Shown: piece after piece, positions 36,065-45,881 of the stretch | How the letters are laid out: every line of letters starts with the position of its first letter | How positions within the stretch are numbered: position 1 is the first letter of the stretch | IMG/VR virus record: IMGVR_UViG_3300039355_000083 | Origin: a virus | DNA: 64,000 nt | Reading direction: 5' to 3' (one strand) | Made by a program: the position numbers and the translations under genes | Notes under the pieces: generated by a model | Told to the model about the DNA's origin: nothing | The model's input: only the letters and a program-made list of their open reading frames with translations | Database searches by the model: none

Positions 36065-38368
36065 GTGAATATGAGTAAAAAAGAAGTGAAATTTAATTGT
36101 AAAATCGTAAAGTGCATGTATAATTCGGAGGATTATAAGATTTATGCTACAGATGTAGATAAAAAAGAGTTTCCCAATATTAAACATAATAAATATGATA
36201 ATGTTACTATTTATGGAAACGTACATAATTTAGTAGTTTCACAGTCGTATGAAATTACGGCTGTGGAACAGCTCGATAAATATGGTTTTGGGTATGATAT
36301 TGTAAATGTGAGAATGGATAAGCCTAAAAATGAAGAAGAAGTTTATATGTTCTTAAGAGAAATTTTAACTGAGAACCAGGCAGGAGTACTTTGGCAGCAT
36401 TATCCAGATATTATTGATATTGTGTTAAGAGGAGAAGATGACACTGTTGATCTTGATAAATTAAAAGGCATCGGAGAAAAAACATTTGAAACTATTAAAA
36501 CAAAAATAATTGAGAATTATTGTATCTATGATTTAGTAATTGAATTTGGTGGAATTCTTACAATGTCAATGTTAAAGAAATTATATGATGAATTTAAATC
36601 AATTCCTAAAATGAAACAAGAATTGAGGAAACAACCATATAAATCTTTGACAAAAATATCTGGTGTAGGTTTTATTAAGGCAGATAGTATTCTTTTAGAA
36701 TTGCAGAGACTTGGCAAGATCAATTTTCCGTTTGAATTAAAATCATCTGCGCAAAGATGTGCAGCATGTATGGAATATTATTTGGAAGAGAATCAAAAAG
36801 AGGGAAATACTAAAATGGATCTGCGCGATCTCAGAAAACAGGTTGTAAGACTTGTTCCTGCTTGTTCATCACATTATGTTGAATGTTTAAAGGATCCAGA
36901 TATTTATTATAACAAAGATACTTTTGAAGTATCTTTAAAAGCCACACATGATACTGAAACTGCTATAACTGCTGTATTATTTTCAGCAAACTTAAAACCT
37001 AAAATATGGGATTTTGACTGGAAGAGTTATCAGACGTCGGGAGAGTATCATTTAACTGACGAACAAACCAGTGCATTGGAATGTATATGTAACAATAATA
37101 TTATGATATTGAATGGTTTTGCAGGATCAGGTAAAAGTGCTACTTCCGCAATGATCATTAAAATGTTGGAGGATAACAATATTTCATATACTTTAATGGC
37201 TCCAACAGGACGTGCTGCAAAAGTGTTAAGCGATTATACCGGTAAGCCAGCGGCTACAATTCATCGTGGCTTAGGTTATATGCCGAAGAATAGATGGGGA
37301 TATCATAGCGAATATCAATTACCATATGACGTTGTTCTTGTAGATGAATTTTCTATGACAGATATATTTCTATTCTTACATTTGTGTGACGCGATTGATT
37401 TTAGCAGAACAAAACTTATCGTTGTAGGTGATTCAGCGCAGCTTCCATCTGTTGGACCGGGAAATCTACTTTACGATATGATCAATTCATTTGTTATACC
37501 TACAGTGACTTTGAATCAAATTTTCAGGTATGCTGAGGGTGGGTTAATGAAAGTTGCTACTGATGTTAGAAATATGAAACCATATTTATATGATTTGAGT
37601 AATGGTATGGTAAAATTTGGCAAGGATTATACTTTTATTAATGCTAATAATGAACAATCAGTAAAATGTGCAATTGGATTATATCAGAAGCTTCTTTCTC
37701 AATATGTTCCTGAAGATATCCTTGTTCTATCTGCTTTCAATAAAGGTGATTGTGGTACTATTGCAATTAATAATGCAGTCCAGAAAATTGCTAATCCAAA
37801 CTATGGATCAGAAAAATGTATCAAATCTGGAGATACGACATATTACGTGGGTGATATAGTAATTCAGATCAAAAATAATTATGAAGCAGAAGTGGATATG
37901 GAGGATATGAAAATAGAAAATGATTCTCAAAATGATGAACCTTCTATAAATAACACATTTATTCCTAATGGTATGTTAGGAAAGATTATTGATATTTATG
38001 ACGAAATTATTCCATATACAAATGAACATAAGACAGGCGCTATTATTGATTTTGATGGTGTCAGAGTAAAATATGAAAAATCAGAAATGTCAATGTTGCT
38101 GCTTGGATATGCAATTTCTATTCATAAAAGCCAAGGAGGAAGTGCTAAGGTGACGATTATACTTACACCATCTTGTCATGCTTATATGATGAATTCTAAT
38201 TTATTATATGTGGCATTAACACGTACAAAAGAAAAATGCTTTCATATTGGAGATAAAGACACTGTAAACAGATCCATTAAAAAGAAAGAGAATTTTAAGA
38301 GGAACACTTTTTTATTAGATATATTAAAGAAGTTAAAAATTAAATTAAACAAAAAGGAGAGCAAATGA
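36065..38368 (+). CDS. RecD-like SF1 DNA helicase
   Basis: Walker A 'GFAGSGKSAT', Walker B 'VLVDEFSMTD' and C-terminal SF1 motifs ('ISIHKSQG', 'YVALTRTK'). Confidence 0.75.
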   Translation: MNMSKKEVKFNCKIVKCMYNSEDYKIYATDVDKKEFPNIKHNKYDNVTIYGNVHNLVVSQSYEITAVEQLDKYGFGYDIVNVRMDKPKNEEEVYMFLREILTENQAGVLWQHYPDIIDIVLRGEDDTVDLDKLKGIGEKTFETIKTKIIENYCIYDLVIEFGGILTMSMLKKLYDEFKSIPKMKQELRKQPYKSLTKISGVGFIKADSILLELQRLGKINFPFELKSSAQRCAACMEYYLEENQKEGNTKMDLRDLRKQVVRLVPACSSHYVECLKDPDIYYNKDTFEVSLKATHDTETAITAVLFSANLKPKIWDFDWKSYQTSGEYHLTDEQTSALECICNNNIMILNGFAGSGKSATSAMIIKMLEDNNISYTLMAPTGRAAKVLSDYTGKPAATIHRGLGYMPKNRWGYHSEYQLPYDVVLVDEFSMTDIFLFLHLCDAIDFSRTKLIVVGDSAQLPSVGPGNLLYDMINSFVIPTVTLNQIFRYAEGGLMKVATDVRNMKPYLYDLSNGMVKFGKDYTFINANNEQSVKCAIGLYQKLLSQYVPEDILVLSAFNKGDCGTIAINNAVQKIANPNYGSEKCIKSGDTTYYVGDIVIQIKNNYEAEVDMEDMKIENDSQNDEPSINNTFIPNGMLGKIIDIYDEIIPYTNEHKTGAIIDFDGVRVKYEKSEMSMLLLGYAISIHKSQGGSAKVTIILTPSCHAYMMNSNLLYVALTRTKEKCFHIGDKDTVNRSIKKKENFKRNTFLLDILKKLKIKLNKKESK

Positions 38369-39138
38369 AGTCAGAATTATTTCAGAATGAATTAAAAACG
38401 ATTCAATCAGACGATATCCGTGATTTTGCAAAAGTTGTCTTGGATGATGCTCCTGACTATTTTTTCAAGGTTGCGGCGAGTTCTACAGGTAAATATCACC
38501 CGGCATATGCGCTGGGTGATGGAGGTTTAATGCGCCATACTAAAGCAGTATTAAGGATTTACAACTATATCATCGGATTAGAACAGTACCAGAATCAGTT
38601 TGATGAGAGATGGATAGATCTTGGACGTGTTGCTTGTTTGGCACATGATATTCAAAAGTCTGGTACTGCAGAAACATATGAAGAAAAGGCAAAGGATGGA
38701 AAAAAGGTGTTTACTGTATTTAATCATCCGTTGTTGGCAGCAGAATATATTCGTAATTATAAAGGATTATATCTCGAAGATGATGAACTTGAGATTATTG
38801 CTGATGCTGTTTCGTCTCATATGGGACAATGGAACACAAGTGATAGAGAAAGTATTGTCTTACCAAAGCCAAAATCACAGTTAGGGAAAATTGTACATGT
38901 AGCAGATTATTTGGCTTCCAGAAAAGACATTGATATTTCTTTTAAAGATGATACTGATGCATATGATTTACCGGATATTGAGACATACAAATGTCCATAC
39001 AAAAAGCATAAGGATGAATTACTGACAGATGTTGCAAAGACAGATCCTGAGTATCTGGAGTGGCTACATGAAAATGTTAATATGAGAGAACCTATGAAAA
39101 CATTCGTAAATGAACTTTTAAAAAATAAAACAAATTAA
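38365..39138 (+). CDS. HD-domain phosphohydrolase
   Basis: HD motif 'ACLAHDIQK' plus conserved His ('KYHPAY', 'SSHMGQW'). A (d)NTP/nucleotide hydrolase is plausible. Confidence 0.55.
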   Translation: MKSELFQNELKTIQSDDIRDFAKVVLDDAPDYFFKVAASSTGKYHPAYALGDGGLMRHTKAVLRIYNYIIGLEQYQNQFDERWIDLGRVACLAHDIQKSGTAETYEEKAKDGKKVFTVFNHPLLAAEYIRNYKGLYLEDDELEIIADAVSSHMGQWNTSDRESIVLPKPKSQLGKIVHVADYLASRKDIDISFKDDTDAYDLPDIETYKCPYKKHKDELLTDVAKTDPEYLEWLHENVNMREPMKTFVNELLKNKTN

Positions 39139-39181
39139 ATTAACTATTACTATTGACATCAGAAACCTATAGTGCTATTAT
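39131..39181 (+). promoter_or_regulatory. sigma-A-type promoter upstream of the nucleotide-metabolism operon
   Basis: CAAATTAAATTAACTATTAC then TTGACA (39153-39158), 17-nt spacer and TATTAT (39176-39181). Confidence 0.6.
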
Positions 39182-39229
39182 AATGGCACAGGGAAAACAA
39201 ATTAAATTAACTCAAGGAGATATGTAGAC

Positions 39230-39982
39230 ATGAAAGTGACCCTTACAGAAATGCACTCAATAAGAGATGCAATCAGAACAATGTACATGAGCAAAAGAAC
39301 ATGGAATGGAGAGATAGAGCAGCAACTCAAAGAAATGGTAGATCATTGCACAGATCGTTATGGGAGGCCATTAGATCTGCCAGAGGATGATGAATTAAAA
39401 ATTAAATTTGACAAAGAAGTAGCAAAACTTCTTAAATGGGGACAAAAGCATATCACAATGCTGCGATTTGAAGATATTTCAGTTGTTGTAGAAGGTCTTC
39501 ATAGAGGAGCAACCGACGATCTTGACTCACACGCAAAGAGAATGGATAACAGAATTATTCGTAGCAGTACAAGGCTTGCAGATTACCATGAAGGAGAAGT
39601 TTCTGAATGGTACGAAGATAAAATTATTACATGGGATGAAGTATTAAAATATCTTGGTACGAAAATTCCTGGTGAGATTAGTTATTATGGTGATACTTAT
39701 GTAAGGTCAAATAATGGTTTCATCAAAAAAGGATTAGAAAATAATAAAGATGTAAAACGTGGTTTATATCCACTGGCAATTCCCATGAATTTTACTTTCA
39801 AAATAAATATTACTGAATTAGCGCATATTTATGTTGAGAGAGGATCAAAAGATGGTGGCGCTCATGGAACAGCTGCTCCGGAGCTTCAGATCATGATTGA
39901 AGATTTAATTAATCAGATTGAGTCTTGGTATCCGGGAATTAATAGAGAATTACTTTTAAAGATTGCGAGCAATAATGTATGA
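39230..39982 (+). CDS. flavin-dependent thymidylate synthase ThyX-like
   Basis: N-terminus 'MKVTLTEMHSIRDAIRTMYMS' resembles the ThyX start (V.L...T...E..I..AAR.CY.S) and the size is about 250 aa. Embedded in a nucleotide module. I did not see a clean RHR...S.R motif, so this is tentative. Confidence 0.45.
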   Translation: MKVTLTEMHSIRDAIRTMYMSKRTWNGEIEQQLKEMVDHCTDRYGRPLDLPEDDELKIKFDKEVAKLLKWGQKHITMLRFEDISVVVEGLHRGATDDLDSHAKRMDNRIIRSSTRLADYHEGEVSEWYEDKIITWDEVLKYLGTKIPGEISYYGDTYVRSNNGFIKKGLENNKDVKRGLYPLAIPMNFTFKINITELAHIYVERGSKDGGAHGTAAPELQIMIEDLINQIESWYPGINRELLLKIASNNV

Positions 39983-40209
39983 ATGTATATTTTGCAAACG
40001 GAACTAATATTATAGTTGGATGCGATAATGAAAAAGATAGTTATTATTTTTGCCAGAAAGATGGTAATGAGTGCTGCAAGAAAGATACTTGCAAAAGATT
40101 TCTTGATTCAGATGGCAATGTAAGCACAAGACTTTTTAAGATTATGTGTAATGATGAAAATCATCACATCTTATATATACCGGAAAGGAATGAAACAAAT
40201 AATGCATAA
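39979..40209 (+). CDS. small Cys-rich protein
   Basis: 76 aa with 'CDNEKDSYYFCQKDGNECCKKDTCK'. Confidence 0.4.
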   Translation: MNVYFANGTNIIVGCDNEKDSYYFCQKDGNECCKKDTCKRFLDSDGNVSTRLFKIMCNDENHHILYIPERNETNNA

Positions 40210-40774
40210 AAAGTTAGTATTTTTATTTATTGGAAGAACCGCTTCTGGTAAATCATCGCTTGCAAGATATATATGCGAGACATTAGGACTTCGACAGGTA
40301 AAAAGCATTACAACAAGACTGCCGCGCAAAGATGAAATAACAGGATATGAAGATCATTACTTTGTATCTGAGAGTGAATTCGATGAAATTAAATTTAAAG
40401 AAGGCTTTGTAGCGTATACTGAAATTAACGGAATTAAATATGGCACTACATATAATGAAATTGTGAATTCCGATATTTATGTAATTGATCCGAACGGAGC
40501 AAAGTATTTGAAAAAACATTGCAAAGATGAATTTAAATTTATCGAGATTTATTTTTCTTCACCATTTGAATTAGCAAAAGACAGGTTCCTTAAAAGAGAT
40601 GGATCAGAAGAAGAATTTTACTCCAGATATAACAGTGAAGATGAACAATTCACTAAATATGAAGAAGCTGAAGGGTATGACCACTTATTTGTGAATGATA
40701 TGAGCTTTTCGAAAGCTGCAGAAGCATTATGTGACTTACTTAAGAGTGAAATGGAAAAGGAGAAATCGTTATGA
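40202..40774 (+). CDS. guanylate kinase-like (d)NMP kinase
   Basis: P-loop 'GRTASGKSS' and GMK signature 'SITTRLPRKDEITGYEDHYFVSESEF'. Start chosen at the internal ATG to avoid overlapping the preceding ORF. Confidence 0.65.
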   Translation: MHKKLVFLFIGRTASGKSSLARYICETLGLRQVKSITTRLPRKDEITGYEDHYFVSESEFDEIKFKEGFVAYTEINGIKYGTTYNEIVNSDIYVIDPNGAKYLKKHCKDEFKFIEIYFSSPFELAKDRFLKRDGSEEEFYSRYNSEDEQFTKYEEAEGYDHLFVNDMSFSKAAEALCDLLKSEMEKEKSL

Positions 40775-42948
40775 ATGTAGTTAAAAAGGATTTAACAGTT
40801 GAACCTTTTAACGATCAGAAAATTGTTGATGCCGTAAATAAGTCAGCATCACGAGTAATGGTCGAGTTGACAAATGATGATTATAAAAGAATTATAGATC
40901 TTGTTTGGGACGAGCTTATTGCTGATGATATAGATGAAAATACCACATGTACAGTAGAAGAATTACATAATGCAGTAGAATCCGCATTGGATGAATTTAA
41001 TCCAAAGATTGCAAAGTCTTATAAAGATTATCGTAATTATAAGAAAGAATTTGTTCATATGATGGATGACGTTTTCACCAAGAGTCAGGCAATCCGTTAT
41101 ATTGGTGATAAGAGTAATGCCAATACAGATAGTGCGCTTGTAGCTACAAAGCGAAGCCTGATCTTTAATGAACTGAACAAAAACTTGTATAGAAAATTCT
41201 TCATGACAAGAGATGAATTACAGGCATGCAAGGACGGATATATTTATATTCATGACCAGTCTGCCAGACTTGATACTATTAACTGTTGCTTATTTAGAGT
41301 TGGAGAAGTTATGAAAGGCGGCTTCGAAATGGGAAATGTCTGGTATAACGAACCAAATTCTCTTGATACTGCGTTTGATGTTATGGGTGATATTATCTTG
41401 AGCACTGCTGCACAGCAGTATGGCGGATTCACAGTACCGGAAGTAGACAAGATTCTTGCACCTTATGCAGAAAAAAGTTATCAGAAATATTATAAAGAAT
41501 TTTTTGAAGTTTTTGATTCCGATATTGATGGTGTTTATGTTGATGTTTTTTCAACATCAGAACATTTGATTGAAGAAAAAGCTTGTGAATATGCAACAAA
41601 TAAAGTAAAACGTGATTTTGAACAGGGCTGGCAGGGAATTGAATATAAGTTAAATACTGTAGGATCATCAAGAGGTGATTATCCATTTGTAACAATGACA
41701 TTCGGTCTCTCAACCACAAAATTTGGTAAAATGGCTTCTATTACATTCTTAAATGTTCATAAAGAAGGCCAAGGTAAGGCCGGTAATAAGAAACCTGTGT
41801 TATTCCCCAAATTGGTATTTTTATATGATGAGAATTTACATGGACAAGGAAAGGTTAATGAAGATGTATTTAATGCAGGCATTGAATGTAGTATGAAGAC
41901 AATGTATCCAGACTGGTTATCATTAACAGGGGATGGATATGTACCAAGTATGTACAAAAAATATGGTACGGTTGTTAGTCCAATGGGGTGTCGCGCATTC
42001 TTAAGTCCTTGGTATGAAAAAGGTGGAATGGAACCGGCGGATGAGAATGACAAAGCAATTTTTGAAGGACGTTTCAATCTTGGTGTTGTAAGCCTTCATC
42101 TTCCAATGATTTTGGCAAAAGCGCAGCGTGAAAGTAGAGATTTCTATGAAGTATTGGATTATTATCTTGAGATGATACGTAGCATTCATAAGAGAACATA
42201 TGACTATATTGGTGAAATGAAAGCTAGTACGAATCCATTGGCATACTGTGAAGGTGGTTTCCTTAATGGTTATTTAAAACCAGATGAAAAAATACGTTCA
42301 ATTCTTAAACCTATGACTTTATCATTTGGAATTACTGCTTTGAATGAATTGCAGGAACTTTATAATAAGAAGTCATTAGTTGAGGATGGTAAGTTTGCTG
42401 TAGATGTAATGAAATACATTAATAAAAAGATTACTCAATTTAAACATGAGGACGGATTATTATATGCGATTTATGGAACTCCGGCCGAGAGCCTTTGCGG
42501 GCTTCAGGTAGAACAATTCCGTAAGATGTATGGCATTGTGAAAGGGGTTTCTGACAGAGAATATGTGAGCAACAGTTTCCACTGTGGAGTGTGGGAAGAT
42601 ATTACACCGATTCAGAAGCAGGATTTAGAAAATAGATTCTGGGATCTGTTTAATGGAGGCAAAATTCAATATGTTCGGTATCCAATCAATTATAATCGTG
42701 AGGCCGTAGTTACATTAGTTAGAAGAGCCATGTCTTTGGGATATTATGAGGGAGTAAATCTTTCCCTTGCTTACTGTGATGACTGCGGGCATGAGGAACT
42801 TGAGATGGATGTGTGTCCGGTCTGCGGTTCCAAGAATCTGACAAAGATTGACCGTATGAATGGATATTTGTCTTATAGTAGAGTCCATGGAGATACACGA
42901 TTAAATAAAGCGAAGATGGTTGAAATCGCAGAGAGGAAATCAATGTAA
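40771..42948 (+). CDS. nrdD: anaerobic ribonucleoside-triphosphate reductase (class III RNR)
   Basis: N-terminal ATP-cone, 725 aa, and C-terminal Zn ribbon 'CDDCGHE...CPVCGS' followed by the glycyl-radical region. Immediately followed by the activase. Confidence 0.8.
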   Translation: MNVVKKDLTVEPFNDQKIVDAVNKSASRVMVELTNDDYKRIIDLVWDELIADDIDENTTCTVEELHNAVESALDEFNPKIAKSYKDYRNYKKEFVHMMDDVFTKSQAIRYIGDKSNANTDSALVATKRSLIFNELNKNLYRKFFMTRDELQACKDGYIYIHDQSARLDTINCCLFRVGEVMKGGFEMGNVWYNEPNSLDTAFDVMGDIILSTAAQQYGGFTVPEVDKILAPYAEKSYQKYYKEFFEVFDSDIDGVYVDVFSTSEHLIEEKACEYATNKVKRDFEQGWQGIEYKLNTVGSSRGDYPFVTMTFGLSTTKFGKMASITFLNVHKEGQGKAGNKKPVLFPKLVFLYDENLHGQGKVNEDVFNAGIECSMKTMYPDWLSLTGDGYVPSMYKKYGTVVSPMGCRAFLSPWYEKGGMEPADENDKAIFEGRFNLGVVSLHLPMILAKAQRESRDFYEVLDYYLEMIRSIHKRTYDYIGEMKASTNPLAYCEGGFLNGYLKPDEKIRSILKPMTLSFGITALNELQELYNKKSLVEDGKFAVDVMKYINKKITQFKHEDGLLYAIYGTPAESLCGLQVEQFRKMYGIVKGVSDREYVSNSFHCGVWEDITPIQKQDLENRFWDLFNGGKIQYVRYPINYNREAVVTLVRRAMSLGYYEGVNLSLAYCDDCGHEELEMDVCPVCGSKNLTKIDRMNGYLSYSRVHGDTRLNKAKMVEIAERKSM

Positions 42949-43475
42949 TGAATTATCACGATATTAAACATGATGACATGAACAATGGACCAGGATTAAG
43001 AGTCACGCTTTTTGTTTCCGGTTGTGATCATTATTGCAATGGCTGTCAAAACCCGGAAACATGGGACACCAAATCTGGAATTCCATTTGATAATACAGCA
43101 ATAGAAGAGATTTTTAAACAGCTTGATAATGATTATATTTCTGGAATTACTTTTTCTGGAGGAGATCCGTTAAATGAAAATAACAGAGTTGAAGTTTGTA
43201 ATTTAATAAGTAAAATTAAATCAAGATATGGTAATTCTAAATCTATTTGGATTTATACTGGATACACTTGGAATGAAATTATAGAAGAAGCATTTCCTAT
43301 TTTAACAGATATTTTGTTAAATACAAATGTAATTGTAGACGGTATGTTTCAGAAAGATTTGGCAGATGTAAATTATCATTGGGCTGGATCAACTAATCAA
43401 AGAGTAATTGATGTGCAGAGATCACTCGAAGAGAAAAAGATCGTTCTGTATAAAGATGACATTAATAATGATTGA
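42948..43475 (+). CDS. nrdG: anaerobic RNR activating protein (radical SAM)
   Basis: 'GCDHYCNGCQN' CxxxCxxC radical-SAM cluster motif in a 175-aa protein. Translationally coupled to nrdD (ATGA overlap). Confidence 0.8.
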   Translation: MNYHDIKHDDMNNGPGLRVTLFVSGCDHYCNGCQNPETWDTKSGIPFDNTAIEEIFKQLDNDYISGITFSGGDPLNENNRVEVCNLISKIKSRYGNSKSIWIYTGYTWNEIIEEAFPILTDILLNTNVIVDGMFQKDLADVNYHWAGSTNQRVIDVQRSLEEKKIVLYKDDINND

Positions 43476-43543
43476 TAAGCTATTAAAGCTTTGATATAAA
43501 AATTTAATTAAACAAAACACGGAGAAAAAGGAGAACTAAAAAC

Positions 43544-44524
43544 ATGGCAGAAATTACAATGAAATCAACAAAAGCAGAAATTATGGAAGCGTATAAGGCA
43601 GCGGTGGAGAAACTTGATACAAGAGACCGAATGATTGATGATCCTGCAAAAGAAGCAGCAGCAAAACTGAAAACAGAAGTAATCAAATCTGCAGATGCAA
43701 CAGCAAAAGAGGATATTTTTAATCCAGAGATTATCAAGAAATACAATGATCTTACAGAAGCTATTGAAATTAAACAGCTTGAGTTAGATGAATTATATGG
43801 TATTGAGACAAAAGCAAATGCTATGGCAGCTATGATCAATGCTTATAAAGAGAAAAATGAAGAGTTAAAAGAGGCTCAGGCAGCGAAAGAAGCAGAGATT
43901 GAAGCTGAATTGGGTGAGAAAAAAGATACACTGAAAGCTGAAATTGAGGCACTGAAGCAGCAGAAACAGGAAATTATTTGTTCTATCAATGCAGAAGCTA
44001 AAGCAAGAGAAAATGAAATTAAATTAACTCGTAGCCGTGAGGAAGATGAATACACCTATAATCTGAAACGCAGTCGTAAAGCTGAAAATGATAAATGGGA
44101 AGATGAGAAAGCTGCTAGAGAAAAGATTTTAGAACTTAGAGAAACAGCGGCTCTTGAGAAAGAAACAGAATTGAATGCAAAAGCTGATCATGTAAAGGAA
44201 TTAGAAGCAAAAGTAGAAGAGATTCCGACATTGATTGCAGCAGCAACAGAAGAAGGTATTAAAAAAGGTAAAGCCGATGCTGATAAATCAAATGCGTTTG
44301 AGGTCAGAGCGCTTAAGAAAGATGCAGAATATCAGAAACAGCTTCTGGAAGATAAAAATGAAAGACTTGCAGAGGATCTGGCTAATGCGAGAGCAGAAAA
44401 AGTTGAATTACAGCAGAAACTTGACGATGCATATGCTCAGATGAGAGAACTTGCTGCTAAGACTGTAGAATCTACCGGTGGAGTTAAAATTCTGAACGGT
44501 CAGACTCAGCAGAATAATAAATGA
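43544..44524 (+). CDS. coiled-coil protein
   Basis: 326 aa, A/E/K-rich heptad-like sequence throughout. Confidence 0.45.
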   Translation: MAEITMKSTKAEIMEAYKAAVEKLDTRDRMIDDPAKEAAAKLKTEVIKSADATAKEDIFNPEIIKKYNDLTEAIEIKQLELDELYGIETKANAMAAMINAYKEKNEELKEAQAAKEAEIEAELGEKKDTLKAEIEALKQQKQEIICSINAEAKARENEIKLTRSREEDEYTYNLKRSRKAENDKWEDEKAAREKILELRETAALEKETELNAKADHVKELEAKVEEIPTLIAAATEEGIKKGKADADKSNAFEVRALKKDAEYQKQLLEDKNERLAEDLANARAEKVELQQKLDDAYAQMRELAAKTVESTGGVKILNGQTQQNNK

Positions 44525-44532
44525 TAATTTAA

Positions 44533-44565
44533 TTATACGGTATGCGTAAGAAAACGCATACCGTA
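44533..44565 (+). terminator. stem-loop (terminator-like, weak U-tract)
   Basis: 9-bp stem CGGTATGCG/CGCATACCG with an 8-nt loop right after the coiled-coil gene. The downstream run is not U-rich. Confidence 0.3.
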
Positions 44566-44579
44566 GTAAGGAGAATTAT

Positions 44580-44741
44580 ATGAATCCGGTATTTATATTT
44601 TTAGTATTAGTTGGAGCAGTAATTTTATGGTTTCTATTATCTGCATTGTTTTATCCATTTGGGAGATTCTTACATAGAATCTGGAAAGATGCAGCAGATG
44701 AAATAAATAGAGAAGATCAAAATAAGGAGAAGAAAGATTAA
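44580..44741 (+). CDS. small membrane protein (53 aa), NfeD-like partner candidate
   Basis: Not in the ORF track. Single TM helix 'VFIFLVLVGAVILWFLLSALFYPF'. Its stop overlaps the SPFH start (TAATG). Confidence 0.4.
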   Translation: MNPVFIFLVLVGAVILWFLLSALFYPFGRFLHRIWKDAADEINREDQNKEKKD

Positions 44742-45703
44742 TGAAAAAAGGATTTTTAGGTAGTATTGGATTAGCAGTAATTATTGTAGCAGGATTAATT
44801 TGCGTAGCAAAGTGTACGGTAAGAGTACCTGCCGGTTACGTGGCGGTAAAATATGAGATGAATGGAGGAATTTCTGATGATACGCTTACTCAGGGATGGC
44901 ATTTAGTTTCTCCAACGATCAAAACATCTTTATATTCAGTGGGTATCGAGCAGTCATATCTTACATCTGAAGATAAGGGTGATTCTCCAAAGGATGAAAG
45001 CTTTAAAACTCCTACTGCAGATGGTAAGCAACTTCTTGTAGATCTTGAGTTTTCATATAAATTTGATCAGGAACATGTTGCTGATGTATTTACAAGATTT
45101 AAAGGTCAGTCCGGAGAAAGTGTAAAAAATACTTTCATTAAACCTAAAATGAAAGCATGGACACAGGAAGTGACTGCTAAGTATCCAGTAACAGATGTAT
45201 TTGGTGATAAACGTCAAGAACTGAACGAGGCTCTTGACACATATCTGAAAAAGAAATTTGAGCCATATGGAATTATCATTGACACTGTAAACTTTACTTC
45301 AATTTCTACAGATGATGAAACTCAAGCAGCTATTCAGAAGAAAGTAAATGCACAGCAGGAACTGGAACTTGCAAATATTGAAGCCAAGACTGCAAAAGTA
45401 CAGGCAGATAAAGATAAAGAAGTTGCTCTTATTGCAGCTGAACAGGATAAAGAGAAAGCTGCTATTGAAGCTGAACAGGCAAAAATCACTGCGGAAGGTA
45501 AGGCGGAAGCTACAAAAATTAAAGCGGATGCTGAAGCAGAAGCAAATAAAAAGATCGCTGAGTCACTTACTCCAGAACTTATTGAGAAACAGAAGATTGA
45601 TAAGTGGAATGGTGATGTGCCGAAGGTACAAGGTGGAAATGCTGCAACAATTGTTGATGCAGGTGATTTAACATCAGGAACAGCAAGTGTAAAAGGAGAT
45701 TAA
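44741..45703 (+). CDS. SPFH/band-7 (prohibitin/HflK-like) membrane protein
   Basis: N-terminal TM helix, then an SPFH core ('VPAGYVAVKYEMNGG...GIIIDTVNFTSIS') and a C-terminal A/E/K coiled coil. Confidence 0.7.
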   Translation: MKKGFLGSIGLAVIIVAGLICVAKCTVRVPAGYVAVKYEMNGGISDDTLTQGWHLVSPTIKTSLYSVGIEQSYLTSEDKGDSPKDESFKTPTADGKQLLVDLEFSYKFDQEHVADVFTRFKGQSGESVKNTFIKPKMKAWTQEVTAKYPVTDVFGDKRQELNEALDTYLKKKFEPYGIIIDTVNFTSISTDDETQAAIQKKVNAQQELELANIEAKTAKVQADKDKEVALIAAEQDKEKAAIEAEQAKITAEGKAEATKIKADAEAEANKKIAESLTPELIEKQKIDKWNGDVPKVQGGNAATIVDAGDLTSGTASVKGD

Positions 45704-45881
45704 TATGAGGGGAATGTTACTTATTATTATGTCATTATTGGCATTAGCTTTCAGTTGGATCGTAACATGTGGAATTATAAAATTAATCACATTATGTTTC
45801 GGGGTCGCTTTCAGCTGGTTGATTGCTACAGGAATTTGGCTTGTAATCTTATTACTGAAATCAGTATTTGGGAAATAAACT

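Noticed and set aside
32553-38368. A Z-genome (DpoZ-type) replication module
   Set aside because: The polymerase here is a PolIII-alpha (PHP-DnaE) enzyme, not a PolA-family DpoZ. No MazG-like (MazZ) ORF was recognised in the window. The PurZ idea therefore rests only on the PurA-like ORF and is left as a flagged hypothesis rather than a call.
45348-45671. Alternative-frame ORFs inside plus-strand genes (45348-45671, 44235-44444, 2597-2872, 5948-6130, 10589-10774, 38621-38884, 49720-49902, 58289-58474)
   Set aside because: These are frame-shifted reads of GAA/AAG/GCA-rich coiled-coil or coding regions (K/R/Q/L-rich artefacts). There are no independent translation signals.
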